Assembly: GCA_951406725.2 (NCBI GenBank)
Contig: OX597820.1
Coordinates: forward strand, 19,654,001 to 19,718,000
DNA length: 64,000 nt
Source of the DNA: Octopus vulgaris
Taxonomy: Eukaryota
Direction: 5' to 3'
The notes beneath the pieces are model-generated. The model ran no database searches. It saw only the letters and a list, made by a program, of their open reading frames with translations, and had not been told where the DNA came from. A program made the translations under genes and the position numbers. Positions 14,399-27,810 of this stretch are shown one piece after another; within the stretch, counting starts at the first letter, position 1, and each line of letters starts with the position of its first letter.

Positions 14399-14627
14399 GG
14401 GCGTCAAGCTGGCAGAATCGCTAGCATGCCGGGCGAAATGCTTAGTATTTCGTCTGCCGCTATGTTCTGAGTTCAAATTCTGCCAAGGTCGACTTTGCAT
14501 TTCATCCTTTTGGAATCGATTAAATAAGTACCAGTTACACACTGGGGTCGATGTAATCGACTTAATACCTATGTCTGGCCTCATTTGTCCCCTCTATGTT
14601 TAGCCCCTTGTGGGTAATAAAGAAATA
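14399..14627 (+). mobile_element. SINE family A, full length with 19-bp TSD
   Basis: Flanked by GGTATCTGTGACTCAATTA at 14380-14398 and 14628-14646. Confidence 0.9.
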
Positions 14628-15144
14628 GGTATCTGTGACTCAATTAAATTTATACTTCTTTGGTAATTTGTGCTGAAAAATTGTCCAGTATATTGGTCAA
14701 ATTGACTGAAGGGTTTCCATCTTGTTACCAACCCACCTGAGACTGACCCTGGTTCTAGGACACAAACAAACATCCTGTCTTAAAGTGATCTAAATTCAAA
14801 TTTTCCACTGAAATTTCATGTTAATTTAGCATTAAAACCAACCAGATCCAGCCTATCACACCTACCCCTCAATGCCATTCCAAAATTATACAATCAGTTT
14901 GTCAAAATTTCAAAGCTCTGAGATAATGCATGGTTAATTAAAACCAGTGTTAATGAAAAAGCATTACCTTTGAATGAAAAATCTGAACGCTAAAGAGTTA
15001 AGTTCCATGCACCAGCGTAATAATGACGAAATTATTGTGCTAGATTCTTAATTATTTTAAAAATTAATTGAAGCAAAAGTTGTATATTTGAGCAGAAATA
15101 TGGTAATGAAAATGTTAATACTGTGGTAAAATGCATCTGCTGCT

Positions 15145-15545
15145 TGTTTGTTGAGTGAAGCGGTCTTCGTCCCAGAGCTCGCAGGATTGCTCCTCAGGAT
15201 TGTCTGTAGTGGGAGAAGTCCGAAACGTGGCCCATTGCTATTCGTAAGACCCTCAGATGAGAAAGCAGGTCAACCCCTGACACCGAGAGCATTGACGGAT
15301 GGATGAATGCATATCAAGGCTCAGCGATTGCATAGGAAGTCGGGGACAAGAAACAGGAAGAAAGAGCGAGAGAAAGTTGGAGCGAAAGAGTACAACAGGG
15401 GTTGCCACCATCTCCTGCTGGAGCCTCGTGGAGCTTTAGGTGTTTTCACTCAATAAACACACACAACGCCCGGTCTGGGAATCAAAACTGTGATCCTCCA
15501 ACTGCGAGTCCACTGCCCTAACCACTGGGCCATTGCGTCTCCACT
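15145..15545 (-). mobile_element. tRNA-derived SINE family D with 13-bp TSD
   Basis: Minus-strand head GCAATGGCCCAGTGGTTAGGGCAG; TSD TGCATCTGCTGCT at 15132-44 and 15546-58. Confidence 0.85.
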
Positions 15546-16138
15546 TGCATCTGCTGCTCATTACCGAGGCCTGTTTACAGCTATTTAGCTTTATCACATA
15601 GCTCCTTCCTGTAACTACGAAGACTTGTACAACTACAAGCATCACCTATGAGTAAGCAAGCTTTGTGCCAATGCAGAGATATTAGAATAGACATTATATA
15701 TAGTATCTTACTTTGTAATTCTGTATTCATTGTTTCTAAGTCCACTGAGGTTTACTTTGTCTTTCATCTATAAGAGATCAATAAGATATCTGCCAATAAG
15801 ATAGGTATTCTGATGATTATATTAATTTTTCTCCCTTTGCCGCAAAAAGAAAAGAAAAAAAACACCAAATAAAGTAAGCAAAATGCAAAGGAGAAAAGAA
15901 AATTATCATGAAATTGTTGTTTGGTAAGCTCCCAGCAACCTTAGTTTAGGGATCAGGTTTAATTCCCAGGTGGATTTGTTTCTCTTGCGATGTTTTTTCA
16001 TCGACATCACACAGTAGTCTTATTCTGCTGTGAAATTCTTGACAATATACAGACGTAAGAACTTCTTTTTTTTTTTCCCTTTTGCTAGAATTTTTGTCTT
16101 CAATTTCAAAATACTTGTTCTCATGAAACTAATATATC

Positions 16139-16212
<74 letters not shown>

Positions 16213-16218
16213 TATATA

Positions 16219-16318
<100 letters not shown>

Positions 16319-16413
16319 TACATATATATATATACACACATACACACATATATATACACACACACACACATATATATATGTATATATATATATATATATA
16401 TAACACATATATA

Positions 16414-16456
<43 letters not shown>

Positions 16457-17469
16457 GACATATATATATAGACACACACACACACACACACACATGCATG
16501 TATACACACAAATGCACACATATATTTGCTTGTACATGTACATACTTGTGCACACACATACATGTATGTATATATACTCATCCACATGTATATATATATG
16601 TATGTATGTAAAGTGATAGTTGAGTAAATACTAACTTGTAAACTGATTTTTACTGTTTAGTGTGATCATTGAGAGACATTTATCAAAATTAGTTTTTAGT
16701 CAGTTGGTGAAGGTGGTGGAATTGCAAATTGCTTTTCTGTTAATCTCCTAATGCATTCTCTTTCTCAATAAATTCTTAATTATCAATCAACACTAGGATT
16801 TAGATAAACCCATATTTTTCTGTACAGCATCAGTGTTGGTAAAAATAAGCAAGCAAAGAAGGAAAACAAAACAGTTGTTTTTAATGAACTCATATCTTTG
16901 TAGTTTCATTAAGCCTCTCTCTCGCTTTCTCTCTTTTTGCTTTTTTTTTTTTTTTTTGCTTTTTTTCTCTATTTCAAAAGCTTTTGTCATTATTATCTTC
17001 TGTATTATAAAAGATAACATTTATACAAATTCAATTATCTTGAAATTTTATTTTTGTTTTGGAGCAATTTAATCCCCAATAGCCAGATCTTGGATAATAT
17101 TCGCAGTAGGAAGCGAAAATAAAAGGAGGCTTCGTTTCTTACCGTTTGTCAGATATTCCAAAGCATGAAGCAGAAGCCTCCTCCTTTGGCTCCATCTTTT
17201 TTTTTTTTTTCCTTTCCACTTTGGTAGGAAGCCAAGCTCAAACATTTTTATAGTATCTAGTGCAGTGCTGGCTTCACATAAAGTTCAGCTTCAGGCTTTT
17301 TTTGTTGGGTTTCTAGGTGTCAATAAAATAATAACCATTGAAATATTTTACAAGATTGCGTATGAATATCAGAGAAACATGTTGGGCAAAACACACACCT
17401 TCTTGGTATTTCTTGTCAGTATACAACCGTTGCCTTTTATGATACAGTTCTATATTTGTGAGATACTCC

Positions 17470-17775
17470 TTACTCTCCTTTACTCCTTTCAGTCATTTGA
17501 CTGCAGCTATGCTGGAGCACCGCCTTTAGTCGAGCAAATTGACCCCAGGACTATTTCTTTGTAAGCCTAGTACTTATTCTATAGGTCACTTTTGCCAAAC
17601 CGCTAAGTTACGGGGGAGGTAAACACACCAGCATCGGTTGTCAAGCGATGTTGGCGGGGGGGAAACAAAAACACACACACACATAAATATACACATACAT
17701 ATGTATATGTATACATCCATATATACGATGGGCTTCTTTCAGTTTCCGTCTACCAAATCCACTCACAAGGCTTTG
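17470..17775 (-). mobile_element. SINE family B, minus strand, 5'-truncated
   Basis: Reverse complement of the family B body and tail. Confidence 0.8.
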
Positions 17776-17962
17776 GAGATGAGGAATTTATATTATATAC
17801 ACTGTTTATATTAGTCAAACTGGTGTTCTCATCTTGATTGTTGCTTTGACTACATTTCAGCTGTTGTATGCTCCAGCCTTCTTCAGGTGTCTTGTGTTGA
17901 ACTCAGTAGTTGTATCGGAATTTCAATACAACAACTAAGTCCAACACAAGACACCTGAAGAG
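17776..17962 (-). mobile_element. Penelope-like terminal remnant with hammerhead-like core and inverted duplication
   Basis: Minus strand reads GACAC-CTGAAGA-A-GGCTG..CAGCT-GAAA; inverted arms at about 17880-17915 and 17926-17961. Confidence 0.55.
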
Positions 17963-19254
17963 TCAAATACTGTTGTAATTAAATATGATTATTCAACCCT
18001 CCCAGGTTGTAAGAATAAGTGTAAGTAGGATGTTACTGAGCTTGATTTACTGAACTGTATCCCTTCCTTCTTGCAGAAATTAGCATTGAACTTAATCAAA
18101 TGGTTGAGTATTGGGGTAGCATTTTAGCTTTACTCGTCTCCATTCTGAGTTCAAATCTTACTGAAGGTGAGGTTAACTCTACATGTGATAGTGATAAAAT
18201 TTATACCAAAGCATGCGCTGAGGTCGTTTCAAATTAAGGCATTTTAATGAAGCATTGATATAATAATTAACCGTTTAGCATTCAGATTGTTCTTTCAAAT
18301 GTAATGCTCTATTCATATTGTTTTGAATTAATCCTATATCCTCTCATAATTACAAGATTCCAATGAGGTGATTGTATTTTTTGTGTGTGACATTGTAGGG
18401 GAGGTGTGGGAGGTCAGATCTGGCCAGTTTGAACATAAACCAGGAGGAATATTTGGGCTGGATATGACCGGTTTAAATGCTAAAGGTTATAGTCAGATCC
18501 AAAGAAGTTACACTTTTTCACAAGGGCACAGATAAAAGAGCCATAAAAATTTGTTTGTGGAACACACTTCACCATTATAAGCGCATGTGTGGCTTTGTGG
18601 TAAGAAGTTTGCTTCCAAACCTCATGGTTCTTGGTTCAGTTCCACTGTGCGGCACTTTGGACGAGTGTCTTTTACTATAGCTGTGAGCTGACCAAAACCT
18701 TGTGAGTGACTCTGATCGAAAATTAATGGAACCCTGTCGTATGTGTCTTTGTGTCTGTATTTGTTCTCCATCAGTGCTTGACGACCGGTGTTGGTGTGTT
18801 TACATCCCCCATAACTTGGTGGCTCAGCAAAAGAGCCTAATAGCTTCAAAAAAAAAATGTACTGGGGTTAATTCAACAATAATGCTTTGAAGCGGTGCCG
18901 TAGAATGGCCACAGTCTAATGACTGAAACAAGTAAAAGATAAAAGGCTATATCTATACCAACTACATCTGATACCGTGTTTGTATGAGTATGGCAGCATG
19001 TATACACAGTCTCGAAAGAATTTGGGGATAGAAGCATTCACTTTTACCAACAACAAGCTAACAACAGAGAGAAGCCATAATATTTCCTGTTGTGGCTTCT
19101 TTCTTGAATTCTGCTGCTATCTCAGATGACGGTCCTGGTCTTCATTATTTAATCAGCTGTTCTGTTGGTATTTTACCTGACAGTAGCTAGCTCCCCCCCC
19201 CCGCCACACTCTGCCTGTCAATATTTTAGATTTTGTTTGTTTTTTGTTTTCGAT

Positions 19255-19299
<45 letters not shown>

Positions 19300-20649
19300 G
19301 TCTTGATCTTTCTTTCTCTTTCCTCTCATTTGTTCCTCTTTCAATGAGTATGTATGTCTGTCCATCTCACACACATACACTCTCTCTCTCTCACACTCAT
19401 ACTCACACACACACATAACATACACACTCTCTCTCTCTCACTCATACTCACAAACACACTCTCTCCTTCAGATTGAGTTAACCAATCATTTTGCCTCCCA
19501 GCTTCCTTCTAACCTCTCTCTCTCTCTCCCTCCCTCCCCAGTGAGTTTTCTTCATATCTAACCATTCTTCCTTACAACTTTAGTCTTTCTCCTCTCTCTC
19601 TTCTCTTCATTGTATTCATAATATTATACAAATTGAAAGAAAAAGTAATTATTCCAGGCTGTGGTTCAGAGAATTCTGGCTAATTGTTCTGAAAATGTTC
19701 AAGGAATTTTTTAACCTTTTCAATACAATTCACCCAAAACCATTTCATTTCATTCTACCAGCTTTTCCAAAACTATTTATTACAGTACCATTTTAAAATC
19801 TTAACTGAAATCTCGTTAGTGCGTAAATGATAACGAGATATTTCAGTTCAAAACAATACTATTATGAAAACTCTGTGTTGTGTTTCAAGCACCAGTTTAA
19901 TTTACCATTAAATTATATAAATAAAAATATAAAGCTTTATTTAAATTAAACTCTCATCATGTTCTCTCATCTTTTATCTTCTCAACTTGTTTCAGTCATT
20001 AGATTGTGGCCATGCTGGGGCATCGCCTTGAAGGGTTTTAGTTGTACAAATCAACCTCTGTACTTAGTTTTTTTTTTTTTTTGAAGCCTGGTACTTTATC
20101 AGTCTCTTTTGCCAAACTGCTAAGTTGTGTGAAACAAGTAAACCAACACCAACTGTCAAAGTGGGGCGGGGACACACATACACACACACGGACAATGGGT
20201 TTCCACATACCAAATTCACTCATGGCATTAGTTGATCCAGGACTATAGTAGAAGACTCTTGCCCAAAGTGCCAAGCAGTGGAACTGAACTTCAGACCACA
20301 GTTTTGTTTTGCAAGTTCTTGACTGTATAGCTCACGTTTGTACTTATAGCCATGCCTGGACTCAATAGCAGAATTTTAAAACTTTTTGGGCAGACTTCAT
20401 CCATGAAAAACAAATTGTGTTAGACATAGTAATTGAATTTTTTGATTTGGATTGCCTACATTCAATCCACTGCAAGACGAGGGCCTCAGCATGTTCTCTC
20501 CACCAACCACGGTCTGATGTGGAAGCTGTGAATTTAAGCTTGTGATTATACTGGTTTGATGAGCCTACTCTGCCCCACTGGTTTGACATGACTTGGCAGA
20601 GGGGTACAGTTTTTATACTCACACCCATCAGTAGTTAAGTCGGTTACAT

Positions 20650-21068
20650 TGACCCTCAGGGCCTCAACTGGTACTTATCTTATCGACCCCAAAAGGATGA
20701 AAGGCAAAGTTGACCTCAGCAGTATTGGAACTCAGAATGTCAGGACGGATGAAATACCACTAAGCATTTTGCCCAGCGTTCTAACGATTCTGCCAGCTCA
20801 CTGCCTTACGAATATGGTACAAGAAATATAAAAGACCCAGTTTATTTTGGCAATATGTCAGTGTTAAAACCTGTAATAAAAATTATTTCAAATTTTGGCG
20901 CCAGGCCAATAAGTTGAGTAAGAGCATAAGTCAATTACTGTGGTCAATTGGTACTTAATTTATCAACCTCAGCAACCTTGGTGGAATTTAGACTCAGAAT
21001 GTAGCGACGGGTGAAATACCACGAAGCTTTTCATCCAGCGTGCTAATGGCTCTGCTAGCTCACCACCT
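20650..21068 (-). mobile_element. Two SINE family A copies, minus strand
   Basis: Same motifs in reverse orientation. Further copies lie at about 23537-23745, 42382-42570, 47525-47740 (-) and 49917-50118 (+). Confidence 0.7.
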
Positions 21069-21099
21069 CAATAATAATAATAATAATGCTTTCTACTAG

Positions 21100-21416
21100 T
21101 GAAGGTGCATGGCTAGAGCGTCGAGCTTACGGTTGTGAGTTCGAATCCTGGACCGAGCTGTGTTGTGTTCTTGAGCAAGACACTTTATTTCACATTGCTC
21201 CATTTCACTCAGCTGTAGAAATGAGTTGCGACATCACAGGTGCCAAGCTGTATCGGCTGTTGTCTTTCCCTTGGATAACACAGGTGGCATAGAGGGGAGG
21301 CCGATATGCATGGGCGACTGCTGGTCTTCCATAAACAACCTTTGCCCGGACTTGTGCCTGGGAGGGTAACTTTCTAGAGGCAATCCCATGGTCAGTGTCG
21401 TGACCAAAGGGGGTCT
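21100..21416 (+). mobile_element. tRNA-derived SINE family C
   Basis: B-box GAGTTCGAATCC, then TTGTGTTCTTGAGCAAGACACTT; an inverted copy lies at 25245-25548. Confidence 0.8.
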
Positions 21417-22242
21417 CAGAATTCTTTCTACTGGAAGCACAACACCTCAAATTTAGAGGAAAGAATTAAGTCGATTACTTTGACCCCAGTGTAGAACTGG
21501 TACTTATTGAATCAACCCCAAAAGGATGAAAGGCAAAGAAACATCATTATCATTGTCAGCATTATCAAAAAACAAAGCTGTTGATTATATTCCTTATAAG
21601 GAATAGCATTGTAATGATGTGCAAAATATATGGAGCTCAGTATTGCCTCTGTGCTTACTCAATACACTTACAACATTAAAATATTATCAACGCTTCTGGA
21701 TTTTTCGATTTCATTTGTTTATTTTTAATTTTTTGTAATTTTCTTTTCTTTTGGCACTGCGAAATGAAACGAAATCTATGTGAGATATAAACAGTGCTTG
21801 TTTTTATTTCACTTGTCATTTCTCTACATCTAGTTACAAGTTGACATTATTGATCTTGCCTCACAAGAGTGAGTTTTCAACATTTTTCATTTATTTATCC
21901 TTTTTAGTATGCCTAAAATTATTACAGCTGAAAACACTAGTTCTTGTCAGATCAATGAGAAAAAAGCTGCAGGATGCTTGAAGCTTGACTGCTACTTAAA
22001 ATGAGTGATTGGTTTAGTATAATAAAACCCTCTTCATAATAATAATAATAATAATAATAATGTAATTGCTGTGATTGAATTGCCATAGCAACAAAAACTG
22101 GTTAAGTAAGGAGTATTGCTAAGCACTGTTCTTAGCTCAGGTATTTTCAAAAGGTTGTCTAAAATAGGGAGTTGATTCAATTAAGGTCTGTTGTATAAAA
22201 GGTGTGTTGTGCTGATTGGGTTTTTGTCTTCAGCAGTGGACA

Positions 22243-22346
22243 ATGTCTTGTCATGTGACCACTGCTGGACAATTGACTGTCAGCAGTGACCAGACTCTCA
22301 ATCCAGTCTTGGTCACTGATGTAAATATCAGGCGTAGATTGTCGGG
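22243..22346 (+). CDS. Putative uORF microprotein, 5' exon part (MSCHVTTAGQLTVSSDQTLNPVLVTDVNIRRRLSG)
   Basis: Branch-like CTGAT (22212-16) followed by a TTTTTGTCTTCAGCAG NAGNAG acceptor; ATG with A at -3; weak donor GG|GTACTT in phase 2, compatible with 27952. Confidence 0.35.
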
Positions 22347-23166
22347 GTACTTATTTTGCCTTGTGTGTTTTATCATTTCATTTCAGTTGTGCATCTGCTT
22401 TTCCATGCTAGCATGGGTTGAGCAAAGCTTACCAAGGCAAATCTTCTGTGGCTAGATGCCCTTCCTGTTGCCAACCCTTACCTTTTTCCAGGCAACATAG
22501 GAAATGAATGATGCTGTTTGTGTGGCTTGCAACACACACACACAGTCTTGGATTCAAATCTTCCTACAGGTTGAAAATAGATGAGTTCAAACCATTCGTT
22601 TTATCCTAGATAAATAACATGGAGACACTATTTACAGTGGCTTCTATCTCTGTCTGTCTGTCTCTCTCTCTCTCATGATTGAAGAGATTACAGGACAGTT
22701 GAGATTGTAACAAATATTATTTTTACACAGCAGTGTAAAAATTACTGGCCATGTGATATACTCTTTATTCTGTCAGGAAAGCTCTTCAAATGAGATCAGT
22801 CTTGAATTCAACTCCAATATGTTGCCTAGTTGCCTTTGAAAGCAAATGACTTTGTGTTTCTTTTGAAGTATAAGCTTAAGATCTCATATGCAGTTCAAAC
22901 AGTATCTTTAGCTGAGATCGGCTTGTCTGGAACTTCAGTAAGTTTGCGACTGGCTGTATTTATACAGAAATGGACACAGTTGATATGTAAGCAGATTTAA
23001 CAGAAAGAAAAAAAAATTGAAGAACTGGCACTTTGTCGGTCACGACAAAAAAGGTTCCAGTTGATTTGGTCGACAGAACAACCTGCTCGTGAAATTACTG
23101 TGCAAGTGGCTGAGCACTCCACAGACACACATACCTATTTCTTTACTACCCACAAGGGGCTGGGAT

Positions 23167-23535
23167 GGAAGCACTCCGTCGGTTACGACGATGAGGGTTC
23201 CGGTTGATCCGAATCAACGGAACATCCTGCTCGTGAAATTAACGTGTAAGTGGCTGAGCACTCCACAGACACGTGCACCCTTAACGTAGTTCTCGGGGGT
23301 ATTCAGCGTGACAAAGAGAGTGACAAGGCCGGCCCCTTGAAATACAGGTACAACAGAAACAGGAAGTAAGAGTGAGAGAAAGTTGTGGTGAAAGAGTACA
23401 GCAGGGATCACCACCATCCCCTGCCGGAGCCTCATGGAGCTTTAGGTGTTTTCGCTCAATAAACACTCACAACGCCAGGTCTGGGAATCGAAACCGCGAG
23501 TCCGCTGCCCTAACCACTGGGCCACTGTGCCTCCA
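23167..23535 (-). mobile_element. SINE family D nested in a family A copy
   Basis: Same head and body as the 15145-15545 copy but a different tail; host family A sequence CCCACAAGGGGCT appears on both sides. Confidence 0.8.
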
Positions 23536-23950
23536 CCCACAAGGGGCTAAACACAGAGAGGACAAACAAAGACAGACAAGCGGATTAAGTCGATCATATC
23601 AACCCCAGTGAGCAACTGGTACTTATTTAATCGACCCCTAAAGGATGAAAGGCAAAGTTGACCTCAGCGAAATTTGAACTCGGAACGTAGCAGCAGACGA
23701 AATACCGCTAAGCATTTCGCCCAGCATGCTAACGATTCTGCCAGACACACATACCTTTAACATACTTCTTAGGGAGATTCAGCATGACACAAGATGTGGC
23801 AAGGCTGGCCCTTTGGAATATAGTTACTACTCATTGTTGCCAGCTGATTGGACTGGAGCAACATGAAATAAAGTGTCGTGTTCAAGGACTCTACATGCTG
23901 CCAGGTATTGAACTCACAGCCTTATGATTACCTTATGTTTCAATTGTTAA

Positions 23951-24341
23951 CAGGTGCAGGAGTGGCTGTATGGTAAGAAGCTTGCTTCACAACCATATAG
24001 TTCCAGGTTCAGTCTCACTGCGTGGCACCTTGGGCAAGTGTCTTCTACTATAGCCTTGTGCCAATTAAAACCTTTGAGTGGATTTGGTAGGCAGAAACTG
24101 TAAGAAGCCCGTCAAGTGTATGTATATATTTATGTGTCTGTGTTTGTTCCTCCCCCCCCACCACCACCACTATTGCTTGTCAGCTGATGTTGGTGTGTTT
24201 ACATCCCCATAACATAGTGGTTCAGCAAAAGAGACCGATAGAATAAGTACTAGACTTACAAAGAATAAGTCCTGGGGTTGATTTGTTTTACTAAAAGGCA
24301 ATGTTTCAGCATGGCCACTGTCAAATGACTGAAACAAGAGT
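23951..24341 (+). mobile_element. SINE family B, full length
   Basis: Colinear with the 7252-7641 copy. Confidence 0.85.
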
Positions 24342-24973
24342 AACTATTTCAGTTTATTACATCTTAATTTTTGTTCGGAAGTTAGGTTTAGGGTTATGGT
24401 CGAGGATCCAGATTATCTGGTTAGTGTTTGATTACTTTAAGATTCTTAAAATCCTATGATGACTGCTTCAGTAGTTCCTTTAAAATTCTTTCCTTCATAG
24501 GAAATTCATTCCTATGCCATGAACAGCTGCCTACTTTTATCACTGCATACATAGAGGTTGGAATATCGCTCTCATAGCAAGCCTGTTTCTGTGTAAATTT
24601 TGTTACTCACACTGTACCTGTGAAGTTACCTGTGAACTAAAAGTCACTTAGTATCCAGAGAGGTGCAAGCATAGGTGTGTGGTTATGTAGTTCATTTCAC
24701 AACTGAACAGTTTGAGGTCTGATTTCACTACATGGCATCTTGGGCAAGTGTTTAGTTTAATAGCCTTGTACCAGCCAATGCATTGAGAGTGGAACTGCTT
24801 TACAGAAATGTGTTGTGTGTGGTCAGATGTGTCAGTTCCATTTGTCGTCATTAGAACTGTCAACACAAGATGACGGTGTTGTTTACTTTCTCCAGTGGAA
24901 AATGTGAAGTGGTTGGCATTAGGAAAGGCATCTAGCTGTAATGATCATGCCAAAGCAGACATAGGAGCCTGAC

Positions 24974-25203
24974 ATTAACCCTTTTGTTACCGTATTTATT
25001 TTGAGATGCTCTGTGTTTCTCTCAATTAATTTTAAATATAACAAAGAATTTACTAAAATAACTTAGTTATCATTCAGCTAATGTTAGGAACATAAATTGC
25101 GACTAAGGTTTGATGGAAGATTTTTATTCAAAACCTATGAAAACAAGACATTTGTACTTAGAGCCAGAGCCAATTTCAGCCGGATTGGTAACGAAAGGGT
25201 TAA
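24974..25203 (-). mobile_element. Single piggyBac-type MITE (same family)
   Basis: TTAACCCTTTTGTTACC...GGTAACGAAAGGGTTAA. Confidence 0.85.
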
Positions 25204-25244
25204 ATGAAGTGAAAGAGGAGCTCAGCTGATGTGCAAGGATCGGA

Positions 25245-25548
25245 GACCCCCTTCGGTCATAACTGACCATGTGATTGCACCTAGGAAGTTACCTTCCCAG
25301 GCAAGGTTGTTTATGGAAGACCAGCAGTCACCCATGCATACCGGCTTCCCCTCTCCACACCACTGATGTTATCCAAGGGAAAGGCCAAAGGCCAATACAG
25401 CTTGGCATCTGTGACGTCACAACTCATTGAGCAACGTGAAATAAAGTGTCTTGCTCAAGAACACAATACGCAGCCTGGTCCAGGATTTGAACTTACAACC
25501 TCATGATCGTAAGCTCAACGCTCTAACCACTGAGCCATGTGTCTTCAC
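25245..25548 (-). mobile_element. SINE family C, minus strand
   Basis: Reverse complement of the 21100-21416 copy. Confidence 0.8.
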
Positions 25549-27192
25549 TTGTACAAGGATCAGTGGAATGCAAAATGCCATTCTTGAAAAAAATAAGTAA
25601 CGTTTGACAACTGGAAGAGAGTGTTGTCATAGAAAATCTTCCTTAATCCCTTCACTTTCAGATTAGCCTGTCAAATGTAATATGTGTTGATTCATGTCAT
25701 TTTGAATTAAGCATGCATTATCTTGCAGCTTTGAGATTTCAATGATGTGATTGTTTAGTTTTAGAATGACATTGTAGGGTAGGTACGAGAGGCTGGATAA
25801 GGTCAGTTTAAATGCTAAAGAGTTAATAATAGAATTTGGACTTAAAACATAAAGTACCAATCAAGTACTGGGGTTGATGTAATTGACTTCACCCTCACCT
25901 CAAAAGCTACTGGTCCTCTCTCAGAATTTGAAACCAATAATAATAATGAAGCTTTCTGTTATAGGTACAAGGCCTGAAATTTTGGGGGAAGGGGATGAGT
26001 CAATTACATCAACCCCAGTGCATAACTGGTACTTATTTCATTGACCTCAAAGGGATAAAAGACAAAGTCGACCATGGCAGAATTTGAACCCAGAATGTAA
26101 GGATGTAATAATAATAATAATAATAAATGCCAAGCTCTATACAGATCTTTACTAGAAACATGGCAGCTATCCATCTTTGAATTGTATATCACCATTTTGC
26201 TCAATTATTTCCTATTCAATGATGTTACCTGAGAGGGGTGTGAGAAACTCTGTAAACACTGCATAGCACCTGTGAGCAGACAGGAAATCAGGGCTCATAA
26301 GGTGAGAAAAGTTGGGAGTACCCTGTCTACAAAGGGCTGAAAAACCTTTCAAAACAATGGCAACAAATAGAATAAAGGACTTTCTACTTGGGCGGCTTCT
26401 TATGGAGAACTTTGAATTTCCTATTGCATATAAGTTGAGGATCTCCACCGGGAAAATACAAACTATTATCCCAGGAGAGAGAGAGAGAGGGAAAGAGTCA
26501 GTCATGGCCCACAAGTAGAGTTTGGTAGTTTCACTTTCGCTACTACTACTACTACCACCACCACCACCACCACCATTTCTCTCTCTCCAGGTTGGTGGTA
26601 TAAAATATAAAGAAATAATCGAAAACCAATGCTCTTATTTTCTATGCTTTACTTTTTTTTTCTCTCTGAATTGGAGTAAATTTTACCAAACTTTTTTTAA
26701 TTTTTTATTTTTCCAAATTCTTGCCAACTCTAATTGAATTCTGTTAGCAATGATTTATCAGTTTTAAAACCACATTTCTTACCTCACTATTGATTTCAAA
26801 TGTCCTTTACTTATATATAATTATATATATATATCATTTGAATTTGTTAATGTCCCTCTTCTTTGTTTTGCTTTGTGTGTTTCTTCTACTTTGTCCACAG
26901 GATTTTTCTGATTTATTATCACTCCTTTATATTTCTGTTGATATATCAACTTAGTTCCCATCTTGATCCAATTAAAGTATGGTGTCATTTTGTTCAGTTC
27001 TTAGCTACTTTTCCTCTTTTTTTTCTTCGTTTTCTTAATCCTATTATGGTCTTCTTTTTTTTTCTTGTTGTCTTTTTGGAAATTACAGAAAGAAATCTCA
27101 AAAAATAAAATTTCCTTTCTTACTGCAATTATTTATCATAATTATAACTTAACAGAATTGTTATCGGTATTGGTGGTGGTGGTGGTGTTATT

Positions 27193-27810
27193 AAGGCAAC
27201 AAGCTGGTAGAATCACTAACGTGCCAGGCAAATACTTAGCGCCGTTTTGGCTGTCTTTAAGCTCTGTTCAAATTCCACCAAAGTTCACTTAGCCTTTCAT
27301 CCTTCCGGGGTCGGTAAAATAAGTACCAGTTAAATACTGGGGTTGATGTGATTGACTATCCTCCTCCCCCACATAATACCTTTAGTACCTTGTACCTTTA
27401 GTAGAAAGGATTATTATTATTATTATGGCGGTGGGCTGGCAGAATCATTAGCACGCTGGGCGAAATGCTTAGTGATATTTCCTCTGGCACTACGTTTTGA
27501 GTTCAAATTCCACTGAGGTCGACTTTGCCTTTCATCCTTGATAAATTAAGTACCAGTTGAGTACTGGGGTCGATGTAATCGACTTGCCCCTTTCCCTAAA
27601 TTTTCAGGCCTTGTACCTATAGTAGAAAGGATTATTATTAAGGTGAGAAGCTGGCAGAATTACTAGCACACCAGACAAAATGCTTACTGGCATTTCCTCT
27701 GTATATTGAGTTGACTTGCCTTTCATACTCAATAGCACTGGGGGTTGATGTATTCACCTTACCCCCTCTCCCAAATTTGCTGGCCTTGTACCAAAATTTG
27801 AAGCCAATGT
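27193..27810 (+). mobile_element. Cluster of three SINE family A copies
   Basis: Heads at about 27193, 27426 and 27641. Confidence 0.75.

Noticed and set aside
22225-22325. H/ACA snoRNA interpretation of the twin hairpins
   Set aside because: The hairpins are only about 37 nt, and no ANANNA box lies in the hinge on either strand.
26212-26518. ORFs 26212-26514 and 26312-26518 as host exons
   Set aside because: No convincing splice signals; the region looks like a decayed retroelement fragment, but I could not assign it confidently.
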